Position numbers and translations under genes: made by a program. Positions 21,644 through 32,342 of a stretch of DNA of 64,000 nucleotides are shown in pieces. The notes under the pieces were generated by a model. That model was not told the DNA's origin. It made no database searches and saw only the letters and a list, made by a program, of their open reading frames with translations. This stretch comes from Trueperaceae bacterium. GTDB lineage: Bacteria; Deinococcota; Deinococci; Deinococcales; Trueperaceae. The stretch is from contig OZ243927.1 in NCBI GenBank assembly GCA_965213925.1, positions 192,001-256,000 on the forward strand. Direction: 5' to 3'. Within the stretch, counting starts at the first letter, position 1. The number at the start of each line of letters is the position of its first letter.

Positions 21644-21908
21644 CATCTGTGATGGTAAGCTCTGACGCTCTCGGTAAGGAGAAGTAAACCGTGCAATTCC
21701 GTATGACTAGGAACTTGCAACGCTTTCTCTACCCTTACATCGGCGGAAACCCCTGAAACGAAGCACTCAAAAACATAGATAAAGCGCCGCTAAAGGAGGA
21801 TGGCACACTTTCAAACTCACTATGAGTGCTGCAAGGGCTGACCGGACTATCACCGGAAAGAAGTCCTACTCATCCCGTCTTTAATACATTGTTAGCAAAA
21901 TAATGACC

Positions 21909-22008
21909 CATGTCATTCTGAGCGTAGCGAAAGAATCTCTGCATTCGCCTCCACTTCTGATAGGGATTGCGAAACGAGACCCTTACGCCTTCGGCTCAGG
22001 GTGACATG
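21909..22008. repeat. REP-like 100-bp palindromic element of the TGTCATTCTGAGC...GCTCAGGGTGACA type
   Basis: Terminal inverted arms CATGTCATTCTGAGC / GCTCAGGGTGACATG. Confidence 0.7.
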
Positions 22009-22093
22009 TAAGAGGTATCAAAACTAAGTTGACAGTGTATTGATCTTGGTAATAGAACTCGTGAAACGGTCTGAAGACCGAAAGGAGTAGGTT

Positions 22094-23254
22094 ATGGACA
22101 AACGAGAGGTTTCACGCCGAACGCTATTAAAGGGTGGTGCAGCGCTCGCTGGGTTAAGGTTCTGGCGCGCACCTTGGTTGGCACACGCCTTTCAAGCGCA
22201 GCCGGGCGAGGAGGTCATCCCCTGGCTCGACCAGCCCGCTGAAAACCCGGTGCCAGAGGTCGCCGCCAATCTGCTCGAGTGGGAGAAGCTGGACGCTTGG
22301 GTTACCCCCAACCGCGACTTTTTCTCGGTGTCACACTTCGGTCGGCAGGTCGTTGACGAGAGCGACTGGCAGTTGGAGGTCACGGGACGGGTCGAGCGTC
22401 CCATGAGTCTGACGCTTGACGACCTCAAAGCGCGGCCCCGGCAAGAGGTGGACTTTACCCTCGAGTGTTCAGGCAATACTGGCCTCCCCTTTCTCATCGG
22501 CGCGGTCGGCAACGCGAGATGGACCGGCACGCCGCTCGCCCCCTTGCTCGAGGAAGCGGGCGTTCAAGAGGACGGTATCGAGGTGGTGTTTTGGGGCAGC
22601 GACGTCGGCGACGTCACCGTGCGCGACATCCCTATGTCGGTCAACTTCGCGCGCAGCATGTCACTTGAGGACGCCATGAGCCCGGACAACCTGCTCGTGT
22701 ATGAGATGAACGGCGCACCGCTACCCGAGCCCAACGGTTTTCCGCTGAGGCTTATCGCGCCGGGCTGGTACGGCATCGCCAACGTGAAGTGGCTTAAACG
22801 CATCGAAGTGCGGCCCAGCCGCTACATGGGTCACTTCATGGCGCGCGAGTATGTGACCATTCGCCAAGAGGAGCAAAAGGGTGAGATGGTCTGGCTCGAG
22901 ACCTCGGTCGAACGAGCGCTGCTCAAGTCCGTGCCCGCCAAGGTCACGCGCAGTAATAATCAGTACCAGATTATGGGCGCGGCCTGGGGTGCACCTATCC
23001 AAAGCGTCGAAGTGCAAATCGACGGCGGACCCTGGCAGCCTGCACAACTTGGTGAGGGGCAGGGCGACGAGTTTACCTGGACGTTCTGGAGTCTGGATTG
23101 GGAGGACCCCGCACCAGGGGAGCACGACATCAGCTCGAGGGCGATTGACGCCCAAGGGAATGTTCAACCCGCGATGGACGACCCTTCGATTGCCAATAAG
23201 TACACCTATTGGGAGAGCAATGGGCAGGTGACGCGGCGCGTACGTATCGCTTGA
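22094..23254 (+). CDS. Tat-exported sulfite oxidase-family molybdopterin oxidoreductase
   Basis: SRRTLLK Tat motif, LECSGN, GFPLRLIAPGWYG..NVKWL, C-terminal dimerisation domain. Confidence 0.9.
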   Translation: MDKREVSRRTLLKGGAALAGLRFWRAPWLAHAFQAQPGEEVIPWLDQPAENPVPEVAANLLEWEKLDAWVTPNRDFFSVSHFGRQVVDESDWQLEVTGRVERPMSLTLDDLKARPRQEVDFTLECSGNTGLPFLIGAVGNARWTGTPLAPLLEEAGVQEDGIEVVFWGSDVGDVTVRDIPMSVNFARSMSLEDAMSPDNLLVYEMNGAPLPEPNGFPLRLIAPGWYGIANVKWLKRIEVRPSRYMGHFMAREYVTIRQEEQKGEMVWLETSVERALLKSVPAKVTRSNNQYQIMGAAWGAPIQSVEVQIDGGPWQPAQLGEGQGDEFTWTFWSLDWEDPAPGEHDISSRAIDAQGNVQPAMDDPSIANKYTYWESNGQVTRRVRIA

Positions 23255-23262
23255 GGGGAGCA

Positions 23263-23294
23263 TATGGAGAACCAACGGGCGCATTCGCGCAGAA
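23263..23294. repeat. 32-bp site family, copy S4 (right half recognisable)
   Basis: ...AACGGGCGCATTCGCGCAGAA. Confidence 0.5.
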
Positions 23295-23511
23295 ACCTAC
23301 GGAGTACTAGGTCACAGTGCCACACCAAGAAAGCAAGGAGGGGTTGCAATGGTGCAAAGAGACAGATTCAGGCGAGCATTGATCCATCTCTGGTAAGAGC
23401 TTTTCAAGTGGCAAAAGCGCGCTTAGCAGGTGGCGAAGGCCAATAGACAGCGATACTGTAAATAACGGAGCAAGGTGTATCCTGCCCTCGCTCCAGGGTC
23501 TACAATGGAAC

Positions 23512-26500
23512 ATGGTGTCCCAGGTCACGCTGCTGGGCCGAGCCGCTATCTTTGCGCAAACAGAGCGGCTCGAGCCCCCTCATGGCAAGCTCACGGCGCT
23601 CCTCTATTACCTCGCTTATCAAGGAGATTGGGTCAGCCGGGACGACCTCGTATACTTGTTTTACCCCGACACCTTAGAGCACAAAGCCAAGCAGAACTTG
23701 AGAACCTTGCTGACCACGCTGCGGCGGCTCGATTACGCGGCGAGGCTCGAGACAGAGCCGACCCGCCTGCGCTGGAACGTGCAAACGGACGTTCAGGCGT
23801 TTAGGGACGCGCTCGAAAAGAACCGCCCTGCGCAAGCGGTCACACTTTACCGAGGGGTGTTGCTGGAAGACTTCAGCCTCGCTACCGCGCCCGAGTTTGA
23901 AAGCTGGTTGGCGTTTGAGCGTGCCGAGTTGGGGCGGCGGTGGCGCAGGGCGGCGCTCGAGCTGGCCTCGAGCTTTGAAAGAGACGCGCGTTACCCGCAA
24001 GCCGCCGACCTGTTAGAGCGCCTACACCGGGACGATCCTTTCGACGAAGAGGTGTTGAGGCGGTATCTCACGGCGCTGACCTTGGCCGCTCGAGCCTCCG
24101 AAGCACTTCAAACCTTCGAAACGTTCACGGCTACCTTGAAACGCGATGTTGAAGGCGACCCCGAGGCGGCCACGCTCCAGCTGATAGAGAGCATCCGTCA
24201 GGGACAACGCCCGAGCTTCGCTGCTGAGACGGCGGTGCGAATTAGTGCTAACATGCAGAGGTCACACCTGAAGATACCCAACCCGACAACAGCCTTTATC
24301 GGACGCGAAACGGATATCGCTAAGCTTTCTGAAAGGCTTCGAGACCCCGCCTGCCGCCTGCTGAGTATTGTTGCCCCCGGCGGCATGGGCAAAACGCGGC
24401 TGGCGCTCGAGGTCGGTAAGCGTCTCGCTCCCGGCTTTTCCAGCGGCGTCTGCTTCGTCCCTTTCGATGCGGTCAGCTCGCCCGAGTTGATGGTGTCCGC
24501 CGTCGCTGACGCGCTCTCGTTCACCTTTTTCGGTCCACAACAGCCTGAGGAACAACTACTCGAGTATCTACAAAGTCAGAGCCTGCTGCTGGTACTGGAC
24601 AACCTCGAGCATCTGCTAAATGATTTGGATTTGGTCACAAAGCTGCTGGAGCGAGCCCCCAAGCTCAAGCTGCTGGTGACCTCGCGCGAACGCCTGAACT
24701 TGCACGCCGAATGGCTTTACGACTTAGCAGGCATGAACGTACCCGAGACGGACAACACGGCTCGAGACGGCAACGTTCAAGAAACCGACGCCGTGGCGCT
24801 TTTTGTGCAGAGCGCTAAGCAGGCTCGAGCCGATTTCACCCTGGATAGTAACGCCCAAGCCGTCGCCCGCATCTGTCAGTTGGTCGGCGGGATGCCTTTA
24901 GCGCTCGAGCTAGCTGCGAGCTGGCTGCGCGTTTTGAGCGCGGACGAAATTGCGGCGGAACTGGATCAAGGTCTTGACCTGCTCGAGTCGTCCCTGCGCG
25001 ATCTGCCCGCGCGCCATCACGACGTGCGCCGGGTGTTTGAAAGCTCCTGGCAACGCCTCTCGGCGGGTGAGCAAACGGCTTTACGCAAGCTCTCGGTTTT
25101 TCAGGGGGGCTTTACCAAAGAGGCCGCTGGGGAGGTTGCCGAGGTGAGCCTGCCGCTCCTGCTCGCTTTGAGCAACAAGTCGTTTGTGCGCCTCGAGGCT
25201 TCGGGGCGTTTTACGCAGCATCCTTTGATGTGGCAGTACGTGCGGGAAAAAGCCGAGAGTGAGACTGAGAGCTTTGCGCAAACGCAGGAAGAGCACGCGG
25301 GCTACTTCGCCGCCTTTATGTATGAGCGAGAAGCCTTGCACCAAAGTATGGCAGCCAAGTCGGTCCGCGCCGAACTCGAGAAAGATATCGCCAACATTCG
25401 AGCAGCGTGGTTTTGGGCTGCCGACCATGCCCGCGAAGACCTATTGAGCCAGATCAGTGAGGGCTTGCTCGAGCTTTACAGCTACACAAGGCGTTACCAC
25501 GAGGGCGAAGTCTTATTTGCCTACGCTGTCAACCAACTGCAAAGCCGGAGCGTCGTTCACGGGCGCATACTGCGAAACCTGGGCTACTTACACAACTGGC
25601 AAACCGATTACCTCAAAGGTGCTGAGATTCTCGAGCAAAGCGCCGCCATCTTCCAAAAGCACCGAGCGACCTTTGATGAGGCGTTGGCGCTCGAATATCT
25701 CGCACTCAGCCACGAATACACGTTTAGACCTAGTCACGAAACCGAGGCCGTCTGGCACAGGTGCGTTAAACTTTTTCGGGAGGTCGGAGACACTTACCGT
25801 GAAGCCAGGGCGCTCGTAAATATCTCCCTATACTGCCGGGTTCCCCTGGAAAGAGAGACCCATTTGCGGGAAAGTATCCGGCTCTTTCGGGAGGTTGAAA
25901 GCTATTTCTTCGGGCTCACCCTCGGCCTCAGCAATTTAGCAGGCTACTTGGCTCAAACGCACGGAGCGTACCAAGACGCCTGCGAACACCTGAGCGAAGC
26001 CGTCAGCATCGAACGGGTGCGAGAGATGATGCCCTTTCGTTTGGCGTGGTGGCTCAATTTGCAGGGCAGGGTGCAGAGCTATCGGGGGAACTTTGAGGAA
26101 GCGTCGGCGTGTCACCAAGAGGCGCGGAGCATCGGCGAGACGCTCGAGCCGGGCTTTGGCGCGTGGGAACTTGACCACGCGCTTTGGGGGCTAGGGCGGC
26201 TGGCGTTCTTGCGTGGTGAACTCGGTGAGGCGGCGCGGTACTTGAACGAGGCGCTCGAGCTAAACCTTCGTCACCCCGACCCGTTCGGTCTGAGAACCGA
26301 CATCCTGCAAGCACAGGCGGCTATAGCGCTCAAAGAGAACCGCTTTGATAACGCAGCCGAACTGAGCCGAGCAGCTTGGGGGCATTTCAAAGCGCACAAG
26401 CGTGAAACCTATGAACACGCTTGGATAGACAGTTTTTGCCGCTGTCAACTCGGCGAGATTGCTTTTGCCAACGGCGACGTGGCGGAGGCTGCCGAGTATT

Positions 26501-26778
26501 TCCGGCAGGCTTTGAATCTTGTCCAGGAATGGCATTTGCTACCCGCGGCGCTCCACCTGCTCGTGAACTTTGCTGACCTACAGAGGGACGAAGGGCGTGC
26601 GGTCCGTCTCCTTCAGCTTGTCGTAAACCATCCCGCCAGTATGTTCGAGACCCGCGAAGCGGCGCGGCGTAGGCTCGAGGGGTTCACTCTGACCGGTTTA
26701 GACCAAAGCCTCGAGCCCGTCAGCGTCCCCGTTTTGAATGCGGTGGTTAGGGAAATCCTCTCGAGCACGCGGGGTTAG
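23512..26778 (+). CDS. SARP/BTAD-family regulator with NB-ARC-like ATPase and TPR domain
   Basis: N-terminal wHTH plus BTAD, FIGRE, PGGMGKT, LLVLDNLEH, GGMPLALELAA. Confidence 0.9.
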   Translation: MVSQVTLLGRAAIFAQTERLEPPHGKLTALLYYLAYQGDWVSRDDLVYLFYPDTLEHKAKQNLRTLLTTLRRLDYAARLETEPTRLRWNVQTDVQAFRDALEKNRPAQAVTLYRGVLLEDFSLATAPEFESWLAFERAELGRRWRRAALELASSFERDARYPQAADLLERLHRDDPFDEEVLRRYLTALTLAARASEALQTFETFTATLKRDVEGDPEAATLQLIESIRQGQRPSFAAETAVRISANMQRSHLKIPNPTTAFIGRETDIAKLSERLRDPACRLLSIVAPGGMGKTRLALEVGKRLAPGFSSGVCFVPFDAVSSPELMVSAVADALSFTFFGPQQPEEQLLEYLQSQSLLLVLDNLEHLLNDLDLVTKLLERAPKLKLLVTSRERLNLHAEWLYDLAGMNVPETDNTARDGNVQETDAVALFVQSAKQARADFTLDSNAQAVARICQLVGGMPLALELAASWLRVLSADEIAAELDQGLDLLESSLRDLPARHHDVRRVFESSWQRLSAGEQTALRKLSVFQGGFTKEAAGEVAEVSLPLLLALSNKSFVRLEASGRFTQHPLMWQYVREKAESETESFAQTQEEHAGYFAAFMYEREALHQSMAAKSVRAELEKDIANIRAAWFWAADHAREDLLSQISEGLLELYSYTRRYHEGEVLFAYAVNQLQSRSVVHGRILRNLGYLHNWQTDYLKGAEILEQSAAIFQKHRATFDEALALEYLALSHEYTFRPSHETEAVWHRCVKLFREVGDTYREARALVNISLYCRVPLERETHLRESIRLFREVESYFFGLTLGLSNLAGYLAQTHGAYQDACEHLSEAVSIERVREMMPFRLAWWLNLQGRVQSYRGNFEEASACHQEARSIGETLEPGFGAWELDHALWGLGRLAFLRGELGEAARYLNEALELNLRHPDPFGLRTDILQAQAAIALKENRFDNAAELSRAAWGHFKAHKRETYEHAWIDSFCRCQLGEIAFANGDVAEAAEYFRQALNLVQEWHLLPAALHLLVNFADLQRDEGRAVRLLQLVVNHPASMFETREAARRRLEGFTLTGLDQSLEPVSVPVLNAVVREILSSTRG

Positions 26779-27421
26779 CCAAGCCGCAGGTCAGGAGGTG
26801 GCGGGGTCTCTGGAGGACGGCTTCTTTGTCCAAGTGGACGTCACGCAAGCCGACTCCGTTCAAGCGATGGTAGAAGCCGCTAAGGAACACTACGGACAAC
26901 TCGGTATCTTAGTCAACAACGCCGGTATCGACGGCGACCAAGCGCCGACCGCCGAGACGTCGTTAGAAAACTGGCACCGCGTCATCGACATCGACCTGCA
27001 CGGCGTCTTCTACGGCATGAAGTATAGTATCCAAGCGATGAAGGCGCGGGGTGAAGGGGGCGTCGTCATCAACATGGGCTCAACAGCAGGCTTGGTCGGC
27101 TTCGAAGCTATTCCCCCCTACACCGCTTCTAAAGCCGCTGTGATTCGCCTCGCCAAGGCTGCCTCGCTCGAGTACGCCAAGGACAACATCCGCTGCTACG
27201 CCATCTGCCCCGCTGTTGTCCTCACGCCTCTAGTCGAACACTTTATCGAATCCTCACCCGACCCGGAGGAGCGCCGCGCCATGTTCGAAAACATGAACCC
27301 GGTGCCGGGCATGGCTACGCCTGAAGACGTCGCCAACACTGCGCTGTTTCTCGCCAGTGAGGAGGCGCGTTACTTGACCGGCGTCGTCGTGCCTGTGGAC
27401 GGCGGCTACACCGTGCAGTAA
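26779..27421 (+). pseudogene. SDR oxidoreductase lacking its N-terminal Rossmann motif
   Basis: NNAGI, YTASK, VDGGY present; TGxxxGxG missing. Confidence 0.75.
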
Positions 27422-27474
27422 GGTTTCGCGAAATTGTAAGACGTTTGTAAGAGAGCGCGTGCTACCTTGGTCCG

Positions 27475-29322
27475 ATGGAGAGAGAGACGAGACGAAGAGC
27501 AGATATCCCTGATACCACCACGGCTGAGCCTACGTCGCCTCACACAACGCTTGCGCCTCACGCGTCACTCGCGGACGACCCCTACCAGGCGACCCTCACC
27601 GCTTTGGCGCAGAGCCAGGCTCACCTCAGCGACGTGATCGCTTCGGCGGCCATCGTCCTCTACGCTTTGGACAAGGACGGCATCTTCACCCTTTCCGAGG
27701 GCAAAGCGCTCGAGACGCTCGGTCTGCAACCAGGCCAGCTCGTCGGACAATCTGTCTTCGAGGTCTACAAAGACGTCCCTCTCATCCTTCACGACGTACG
27801 GCGGGCACTAGCAGGTGAGCGGGTCGTTACGATCACCGAGGTCGCTGGTATTGTCTTCGAGTCGCGCTATTTGCCCTACTTCGACACCGAAGGTCGGGTC
27901 GAGCGGATCGTCGGCGTGTCGCTTGATATCACCGAACAGAAGCGGGCACAAGAGGCGCTACAGCGCGCTCACGACGAACTGGAGCAGCGTGTCCAAGCAC
28001 GCACCGCCGAACTCGCCGCGTTGAACGCTCAGCTTACTTACGAGGCTTTCCACGATTCACTGACCGGTCTGCCGAACCGCGCCCTCTTTGTGGACCGCTT
28101 GGAGTACGCTGTGAAGTGCAAGCGACGCGAACGAGTGCCGGGCTACGCCGTGCTCTTTTTAGACCTAGACGACTTCAAAATCGTCAACGACTCGCTGGGT
28201 CATGCTGTAGGCGACGCGCTGCTCGTCGAGGTGGGAGGGCGTTTAGAAGCCTGCTTACGCCCCGGCGATACTGTAGCCCGCTTGGGCGGGGACGAGTTCG
28301 CTGTGCTGCTCGAGAATGTTACGGACGAAGCGCACCTAAGCCAGATCGCCACGCGGCTCAGACAAACCTTCGGTACGTTTACGGCCCAAGGGCACGACCT
28401 CCGCGTCACGCCGAGCATCGGCGTGGTGTCGAGCGAGGGCGGGTACAGCGACGTCGAGGCGCTGCTGCGCGACGCCGACATCGCCATGTACCAAGCCAAA
28501 GCGCGAGGCAAAGGCTGCTACGCGCTGTTCGACCCGGCGATGCGGGAGCGGGCGAAGACCCGTCTAACATTAGAAAGTGAACTCCGCGCCGCGTTGACGC
28601 ACGACCAGTTGTGCGTCCACTATCAGCCCATCGTCGCCGTCCAGACGGGCGAATTGGCCGGCGTTGAGGCGCTCGTGCGCTGGCAGCACCCGGAGCGCGG
28701 GATGATTTCGCCGGGTGAGTTCATCCCCTTAGCTGAAGAAACCGGGCTCATCACCCAGCTCGACCGCTTCGTTCTCAAAGAGGCGTGTCAGCAGGTGCGG
28801 CAGTGGCAGGAGATGTATGGGCATGATCTCACCTTGAGCGTCAACCTATCGGGTCAGCAGTTTATAGAGTCGGACCTCGCACCTTACGTCGAGTCGGTCT
28901 TGCGAGACACTGGCTTTGGCGCAGGGCACCTCCACCTCGAGCTGACCGAGAGCTTGCTCATCGGCGGTTCCAAACAGGTGAGCGAAGCACTCGCGGCGTT
29001 GCGGACACTCGGTGTCAAACTCCACTTAGACGACTTCGGCACGGGTTACTCGTCCTTATCCTACTTGCAGCGTTTCTCGGCGCACACCATCAAAATAGAC
29101 CGTTCGTTTATCCGCAACTTGACCGAGAGTCAGGAGAGCGCGACCTTGGTGCGCACCATCATCCTCATGGCCGACGCTCTAGGGATGCAGGTCGTCGCTG
29201 AGGGGGTGGAGACCGAAGCGCAGTTAGCACACCTCAAGACGTTGGGCTGCGACTATATTCAGGGCTACCTCTTCGGCAAGCCGCTGAGTGAGGCGGAAGC
29301 CGAAGACTACTTTATGAAATAA
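27475..29322 (+). CDS. PAS-GGDEF-EAL diguanylate cyclase/phosphodiesterase
   Basis: HDSLTGLPNR, RLGGDEF, EALVRW, DDFGTGYSSL. Confidence 0.95.
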   Translation: MERETRRRADIPDTTTAEPTSPHTTLAPHASLADDPYQATLTALAQSQAHLSDVIASAAIVLYALDKDGIFTLSEGKALETLGLQPGQLVGQSVFEVYKDVPLILHDVRRALAGERVVTITEVAGIVFESRYLPYFDTEGRVERIVGVSLDITEQKRAQEALQRAHDELEQRVQARTAELAALNAQLTYEAFHDSLTGLPNRALFVDRLEYAVKCKRRERVPGYAVLFLDLDDFKIVNDSLGHAVGDALLVEVGGRLEACLRPGDTVARLGGDEFAVLLENVTDEAHLSQIATRLRQTFGTFTAQGHDLRVTPSIGVVSSEGGYSDVEALLRDADIAMYQAKARGKGCYALFDPAMRERAKTRLTLESELRAALTHDQLCVHYQPIVAVQTGELAGVEALVRWQHPERGMISPGEFIPLAEETGLITQLDRFVLKEACQQVRQWQEMYGHDLTLSVNLSGQQFIESDLAPYVESVLRDTGFGAGHLHLELTESLLIGGSKQVSEALAALRTLGVKLHLDDFGTGYSSLSYLQRFSAHTIKIDRSFIRNLTESQESATLVRTIILMADALGMQVVAEGVETEAQLAHLKTLGCDYIQGYLFGKPLSEAEAEDYFMK

Positions 29323-29499
29323 GCAAACCTGGCGACCGGCGTGGTGGAAATGGTTGTAGACAGCTACGTCTGAGCTAAGCTTGCTTCAACGCTTCTTGGT
29401 TCGTCCACTAAATTCGGCATAGTTCTGAGCACTAAACCTTTGCATTGTTGAAGTACATCAGCGGTTCGCTGCTCTGAAACGAACTTCCAGGACGAATCC

Positions 29500-29531
29500 T
29501 TCTGCGCGAGTTGCGCGCGTCTCTTGCACAA
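29500..29531. repeat. 32-bp site family, copy S5
   Basis: TTCTGCGCGAGTT GCGCGC GTCTCTTGCACAA; 21 nt (29498-29518) are the exact reverse complement of 19322-19342. Confidence 0.8.
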
Positions 29532-29639
29532 CAATCCCAACCCGAGCAGTTTCTCGAATACTGCTTTAGATAAACCGAAGCAGCCAAATGCCTCAGTAGC
29601 AAACGCTGAAGCTGTGAATAGCCTATCTTCTCGAGCCTT

Positions 29640-29917
29640 TTGTCGCTATCCCAGTCACCTTCGACGAAGCGCTTCTACTGAATGTAGCGCGTGAAAGCTT
29701 GCCTGAAAACTGGACCGAGCCTGCGGGATTATCCGTCACACAAGCGATTGGGAACGCCTGGGTCAAGCGTAACGCATCAGCACTCCTTGTGGTGCCGAGT
29801 CGTGTTATCGCGGCGGAGCAGAACTACCTCTTTAACCCGAACCATCTGGACGTCGAGCAGGTGGAGATCGGTAAGGCGCAGTCCTTCAGCTACGACCCAC
29901 GTTTACTTAAGCAATAA
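29640..29917 (+). pseudogene. C-terminal fragment of a RES-domain toxin
   Basis: LPENW, TQAIGNAW, LLVVPS.V, NYLFNPNH, YDPRL; 5' limit approximate. Confidence 0.8.
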
Positions 29918-29970
29918 GTGTCGAGTTACAAGTAATGTCCCTTGGTCTTTGACCGCTGCGGTCATTAGCT

Positions 29971-29989
29971 TTGTGCAACAGTTGCACAG
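29971..29989. repeat. 32-bp site family, copy S6 (left arm and spacer only)
   Basis: TTGTGCAACAGTT GCACAG. Confidence 0.4.
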
Positions 29990-30090
29990 CAATCCAGTGT
30001 ACCCATTCCTTTCGGTGCTGAGTTGGATATGCTCACCATCACTTCTTCGGAGAGACAAAGCTTAGAAAAGGCGTATTATGTCCTTTCCAT

Positions 30091-30158
30091 TTGACAACGC
30101 AGTGGATTATTGTCTACTCTATAAACTATAAAACCAATACGGGTTTTTTAGTTTATAG
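30091..30158 (+). promoter_or_regulatory. Promoter with overlapping inverted repeat (candidate TetR operator)
   Basis: TTGACA-N18-TACTCT; CTATAAACTA(30119-30128)...TAGTTTATAG(30149-30158) with inner AAAACC/GGTTTT. Confidence 0.6.
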
Positions 30159-30169
30159 GGAGAGGAACG

Positions 30170-31882
30170 ATGGAAAATCAGAAGAAGCTAGACTACTCCG
30201 ATGTTCTCATTGTCGGCGCAGGACCCACCGGACTCACAACGGCAATAGAACTCGCCCGGCGCGGCGTAAACTTGCGCATCGTCGATAAGCGCGGTAGAGT
30301 CGAGCACTCCAACGCTCTGGTCATGCACGCCCGCACCTTGGAGTCACTCGACCTTATAGGCATCGCCGAGAGGTTCGTTAGGCGCGGCTACGAAGCGCCC
30401 GGCATCGACTTAGGTTCTGACTCGGAGAAGCCCATCCGCGCCGAGATGCACCGCCTGGACAGCCGCTTCCCTTTTATCTTGGTGATTCCGCAGTCGGAGA
30501 CGGAGCGGCTTTTGGAGGAATATTTAGCAGAACTCGGCGTGCAGGTCGAGAGGGGCACGGAGTTCTTAGGATACGAGGAGAAAGCAGGCGGGGTCGTCGC
30601 AAGGCTCGAGCATCCCGATGAAAGCGAAGAACGGGTCTCAGCACGCTACCTTGTCGGCACCGACGGGGCGCATAGCACCGTGCGCCGCGCCGCCGACATC
30701 CCCTTCGAGGGCGAGCCATACGACTACGTCTTCTTTACGGGCGAGGCGAAGGTCAGTGGTGGACTTCCTAAAGGCGGTATCTCACAGTACTCTTCGGAGC
30801 GCGGGCTCGCCTTCATCGTGCCCTTCAAGGACGACTACTTCCGCTTCGTGACGGCGGATTGGAAATATCAGGACGAATCCACCGACGAGCCGCTCTCTCA
30901 AGAGGTCATGCAGGAATCGGTTGACGCACTGATTCCAACCAAGCCCACACTGATTGAACCGCGCTGGCTCTCGCGGTGGGGCTCAGGGATTCGCCAGGCA
31001 AGCCGCTACCGCCGGGGTAACGTCTTTTTAGCAGGCGACGCCGCGCACGTGCACAGTCCGGCGGGCGGGCAAGGCATGAACACGGGCGTACAAGACGGTT
31101 TTAACTTGGGTTGGAAGCTTGCCTTTGTAGCGAACGGGCAGGCTCCCGAATCGCTCTTAGATACCTACGAGCAAGAGCGTCACCCTATCGGCAAACGCGC
31201 TGTAGAAACGAGCGACAAGATTTTGCGGAGTCTCATCATCCGTAATGACACCTTGCGGAATGCCAGGGAACTCCTGGTCAAAGCCCTCGTACCCCGTCTG
31301 CCGGTCCAAAAAGCGCTCTCCGAAGGGCTTTCGGGCGTCAGTATCAGTTACAAGGACGCTGCCAGAGAACGCGGCGAACTCAAGTGGGACTTGCGCGACA
31401 TCCCGTACCCTGACGCCCTAAGGGTTGGGGACCGCGTGCCGGACCTCGCCCTCGCCGCGCCGGACGGATGGGCTGACGCCGACGACGCGAACCGCGTGCG
31501 GCTCTTCGACCTCTTGAGACCTGGCTACACGCTCTTCATCTTTATCGGTACGGAAAGAGCGGACGACGATCTCACGGGGTATCTCGCGGAGATAAGACGC
31601 AAGGTGCAAGCCGACGTGGGTGAAGCCGCCAAAGTGTTCGGCATCCTCGGGCAAGGCACGCCTAAAGCGGGAGACGCACCGATTTTCGCTGACTACACGC
31701 GCATGTTTAGAGACAAGCTCGGGGCGAGAGACGGTAGTGCGCTTCTGGTTAGACCGGACGGTTACTTGGCGTTTCACCGTAAAGGGTATCAGAGAGGGTT
31801 AGAAGAGGTGCAGAAACGCTGGGTGCAGCGTCAGGCTGGAACACCGTCCTCGCAAGGGGTCAGTTCGTCTGCACGCGCATAA
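30170..31882 (+). CDS. FAD-dependent monooxygenase (PheA/TfdB family)
   Basis: GAGPTG, DGAHSTVR, GDAAHVHSPAGGQGMNTG, LVRPDGY. Confidence 0.95.
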   Translation: MENQKKLDYSDVLIVGAGPTGLTTAIELARRGVNLRIVDKRGRVEHSNALVMHARTLESLDLIGIAERFVRRGYEAPGIDLGSDSEKPIRAEMHRLDSRFPFILVIPQSETERLLEEYLAELGVQVERGTEFLGYEEKAGGVVARLEHPDESEERVSARYLVGTDGAHSTVRRAADIPFEGEPYDYVFFTGEAKVSGGLPKGGISQYSSERGLAFIVPFKDDYFRFVTADWKYQDESTDEPLSQEVMQESVDALIPTKPTLIEPRWLSRWGSGIRQASRYRRGNVFLAGDAAHVHSPAGGQGMNTGVQDGFNLGWKLAFVANGQAPESLLDTYEQERHPIGKRAVETSDKILRSLIIRNDTLRNARELLVKALVPRLPVQKALSEGLSGVSISYKDAARERGELKWDLRDIPYPDALRVGDRVPDLALAAPDGWADADDANRVRLFDLLRPGYTLFIFIGTERADDDLTGYLAEIRRKVQADVGEAAKVFGILGQGTPKAGDAPIFADYTRMFRDKLGARDGSALLVRPDGYLAFHRKGYQRGLEEVQKRWVQRQAGTPSSQGVSSSARA

Positions 31883-31926
31883 TCGGGTACATAAGGCTCG
31901 AGTCACAAGATAAGAAAGGTCAATTC

Positions 31927-32316
31927 ATGATATGGACACTGAGGCTCTTACAGACGCTGCTAGGTCTGATGTTTCTAGGCTCCGGCGGCTCCAAACTCGT
32001 GGGCGCGAATGACATGGTTGACGACTTCGACCGCTTCCGCTATCCACAGTGGTTTCGCGTGGTGACGGGCGCAGTTGAGGTGGGGGGTGCGCTCGGACTT
32101 CTTCTGGGCTTTGCCCGTCCTGCGCTTACACCGCTTGCAGGTGCGCTGCTTGGCGCAACCATGATAGGTGCAGTGGCGACTCATGCGAGGGTCGAGGACC
32201 CTGCTAGAGAGGTAGCGACGCCTGCGTTTTTACTCGGGCTCTTGGCGTTCGTTGGCATTATGCGCCAGCGCGAACTCGCGAACGGCTCAGAGCGAAAGCG
32301 CGCGTCGCGGCCGTAA
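31927..32316 (+). CDS. DoxX family membrane protein
   Basis: G.SKL, YPQWF..TG.VE, MIGAVATH. Confidence 0.85.
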   Translation: MIWTLRLLQTLLGLMFLGSGGSKLVGANDMVDDFDRFRYPQWFRVVTGAVEVGGALGLLLGFARPALTPLAGALLGATMIGAVATHARVEDPAREVATPAFLLGLLAFVGIMRQRELANGSERKRASRP

Positions 32317-32342
32317 ACTCACTTTTGTTAGACTTGGATACG

